From NCBI GenBank assembly GCA_904063045.1, contig CAJFCJ010000003.1, forward strand, positions 2,094,504 to 2,158,503: a DNA stretch of 64,000 nt. Direction: 5' to 3'. A program made the translations under genes and the position numbers. Below, piece by piece: positions 61,082 through 64,000 of the stretch (positions are counted from its first letter, which is position 1; each line of letters starts with the position of its first letter). The notes under the pieces were generated by a model. It was given only the letters and a program-made list of their open reading frames with translations. It was not told the origin of the DNA and did not search any database. This DNA comes from Dimorphilus gyrociliatus. Taxonomy: Eukaryota > Animalia > Annelida.

Positions 61082-63953
61082 CTATGAGCAAAACGTCGAG
61101 AAATCTTCCTGCCGACGCGGAGGAGCTGAGAAGGTGTGATAAAGTCTCTCCTTCTCCGCATAGAGATTACTCTGTTTCAGCGGGTTGTAAGTTGCCACCC
61201 TTATTTTTGGCGATTCGGTTGGTGAGTTAAATTTAGTAAGATCTGCACTGTATCGTCTGCTGTACAACGATTCGTTGCCTAGTTTAGAACCATAGATCTG
61301 CTCCACATTCAAGCAAGAATTATACGCTGGTCTTGCTTGATTTAAATTCGATTTATTCGGAACCGATGAAGCAATCGGTTCCAGTGAGATTAGTTCTTCA
61401 GCAGGTCCATCTCCGGCATCTGAACCAATTAAGCTCCTCACAAAGTAGGAGTTTGAACTCTTTGTCGCCATTAGCTTCCGTTTAGGAGTTGATAGCGTGC
61501 TGGCGCCGTCTAACGGTTGAACGTCGGCTTCGAAATCGTAGTGGACACTCGGCGAATTCATTCTATCGACCGACTTTGGGTAGAGTTCGATCGTTTCCTG
61601 TACACGACCATAATCGCTTTCTGTATGAGACGGACTGGTCCTTTTGATGAGGTATTGCAGTCGAGAGCCGTCTCTCGACAAAGAATTTTGTTGATTGACC
61701 ATATTCTGTTTCCTCATATATTCCATAGAAGCCCTCGAAAGGTAGGCTGTTTCCCTGACCGATCCACGACTCATTATTCCCCTGCATTTTCTTTGCCTGT
61801 AGGGATTTTTAAAAAGGGAACGTTAGAGGGAAGTAATTAGGGCATTCGACTGAAATAGATGGTACTGATACTCGAAAGAACAAAACAGAAAAGTATCATT
61901 GGAGAAAGATACTTACTTTCTCAAGCAAATCATTCCAACCGTCAGAATTACGACGCTAAGAACAATAGCTGCTCCAATAATGATAGCGATCCAAATCCCA
62001 TGCGGTAGGGCTAATTTTCCAACGGTCAACTTACTTCTGGCTGTACATTGAAATGAAAGTACAATATATAGTAAACTTAAAGTCACGATCTAATCCTTAA
62101 ATCGTAAACTTACCGTATGTACAGTTTCCAGTTGGTTTCAGCCAATGTGTTCCATTGCAATATCTCGTCCATGTGTAATCCGTATAATTACAGCCCATTT
62201 TCATCTTTTGACCTTTTCTCTCCGCCCAACCATGCTCTGGAGGTGGTAGGTTTGGGCATCCCCGAGCTTTTGATATGTAGTAATTATTATATAATTGGCT
62301 AAAAATGGAACTAAACAAATAAAATGTTACCAAAGCACCTCTTACTATCACATTTTAAAGAACTTTAAGTATTATAGAGATGATAGAAGAGGAGAGAAAA
62401 ACGAAAGCCAAGTCATCCGAAAAAATATACAACGACTAATTTACCCTATAAGTGTCAAAAAAGACGACCCCCGAGGTCTTTTGAACTGAGGCCATATTAC
62501 TTAGCGGTGGAACTTTTGGATTTGGTTCAAAGAAATATTTTTAAAAGTGGTATTAAAAGTTCTGCTTCCGATCAAGTAATTCCTAAATCTTTCAACTTAA
62601 CGAACGTTAAAAGGCTATTTAAAATGTAATAGAGAATAATGATAAATATATGATGATTTAGTAAACTGCCTAAAGCGGAACAACTCCTCCTCAATCAGCG
62701 CAAATGCCATTTCAATTATCTGCAACAAGCGCCATCTAGGTATCTTCCGTGCCGGAACGAATCAAGTGGAAGAGGTCGGTTCGGTGGGGTCACAACTCAG
62801 TAGAAGGCCATTTGCGTGATATACTTCGCTTTACTTAACGTGGCTTTTCATCTTTAGTGTTCTAGGTCTATGTAGTAGGATATTTTTCACCGGAGCGCGG
62901 TAATTATCGAGCCGCCAGGTACTAAAGCATACATAAAATACTCATATACAAAATAAACGAAAGCACATATGCACACATTGTATAGACGTCGACGAGGTGA
63001 CAGCTAACTGAGTGACTCACTGCCACATATTATTATACAAATGTAAATATAAAAGAATATAGAGTATACTGTATATATAGGCTATTAAGACGCACACACG
63101 TGTGTGTATAGTATTATAAATATATATTAGTATAGAAATGTACCCTCCATGCATTATACTGTATATTCTTCATATTATATATTTAAACATTCGACAAGAG
63201 TGAAACTGTGAGAAAGTACGATAGGAAAAATCAACATTTATGTACGCGAGTATAATGACGAACGTCGGCGGTTATTCGGTGCCTTGGCGTTTTATAATCT
63301 AAGCCTTTAAATCCTAAGGTGCTTACCTTCGTAACGTAATAGGAAGTCGGTTGGGGTAAGGATAATCACTTTGATCCTATCGCCTGACGACTCGTACGTC
63401 TGATTCTTTCGGCAGAGATTCCTAGGACGTTTACCCTCTTCTTCAACAACCGCTATTGGTGCACAATTTTCACGATGGTTAACATCTCTTCCCTTAAGTC
63501 TCTCGAAAGTTAATAGTATCTTACGCCCCTTTTCCGCTTTTAGTTTTATAGGACATTTAAAACTGTCTTTAAATTTTTTAATTGTTCTTGTTGACAAATA
63601 TCGACTGTTTGTAGTCGCGGCGAAATTGGCATCCTTTGGTCTCATTTTGTCACAGAAATATGGTGAATTGGGAACGCAGTTATAGGTTAACTGTAACTCG
63701 CAGAAGAGATCTTTACACGGATTCAAATCGCCAAAATCATCAACAACTGAAATCTTGCAGTTGTTCAGCCCCGTACAACTTTCGTGTAGTCTATCCAAAA
63801 CATCAACACTGCATTTCTCTTCTGTGCTCGACATTTTAATACAATTATTTGTTCTAGTTCTGCCGTATATTGCCGTTCGGAAGACGAATACCCTACTCCT
63901 AGGGCAAGTTCGATCAAACTTACCACGCCAGCATACGTCCGTATGATTTCTTT
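61082..63953 (-). CDS. Type I membrane protein with SUEL (galactose/rhamnose-binding) lectin, CUB-like, sushi/CCP and TM domains and a long Ser-rich tail; N-terminus beyond the window
   Basis: Exon 63953-63327 (CPRS..AIYGR..C..DVLDRLHESCTG..DLNPC..LTYNC, then CUB-like CPIKLKAEKGRKILLTF). Exon 62266-62114 (CPNLPPPEHG..C..C..W..C, sushi). Exon 62040-61917 (TM) and exon 61796-61082. All phases are compatible. Confidence 0.85.
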
Positions 63954-64000
63954 CTGTTATTCATCAGGAGATTATTCAGATTTAAGTCATGGAGGGAATT

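Overview
This is AT-rich eukaryotic (metazoan) genomic DNA with very high gene density: about 23 protein-coding genes in 64 kb, many GT-AG introns of only ~50-60 nt, and several head-to-head gene pairs with tiny spacers. That pattern fits a miniaturised invertebrate genome, but the species cannot be determined from the sequence. Genes in order: UTP4 (-, runs off the left edge), MBTPS1/site-1 protease (+), a DNA-binding-domain-only HSF-family gene (-), PSMA1 (+), C2orf68/UPF0561 homologue (-), SNX16 (+), TIGAR (-), tomosyn/STXBP5 (+), PRDM10 (+), STK38/NDR (-), ORC5 (-), IRAK1BP1 (-), an uncharacterised coiled-coil gene (+), an atypical cytochrome P450 (+), MED14 (-), PDCD5 (-), an 88-aa membrane protein (+), an XK-related gene (-), a hyper-acidic 636-aa protein (-), an uncharacterised gene (+), a protamine-like gene (-), an FHL-type LIM gene (+), and a SUEL-lectin/CUB/sushi receptor (-, runs off the right edge). 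Exon structures were reconstructed by hand from splice signals, reading-frame phase and remembered similarity to known families; no database search was run. The strongest leads are: (1) an exon pair that puts a transmembrane anchor in frame on the FHL protein; (2) an 81-nt tomosyn exon encoding a Munc13-like calmodulin-binding motif; (3) a P450 lacking the oxygen-activating I-helix motif; (4) a protamine-like gene lying head-to-head with FHL and near a hyper-acidic protein, possibly a spermiogenesis module. No tRNA, rRNA, CRISPR array or transposase/RT ORF was recognised.
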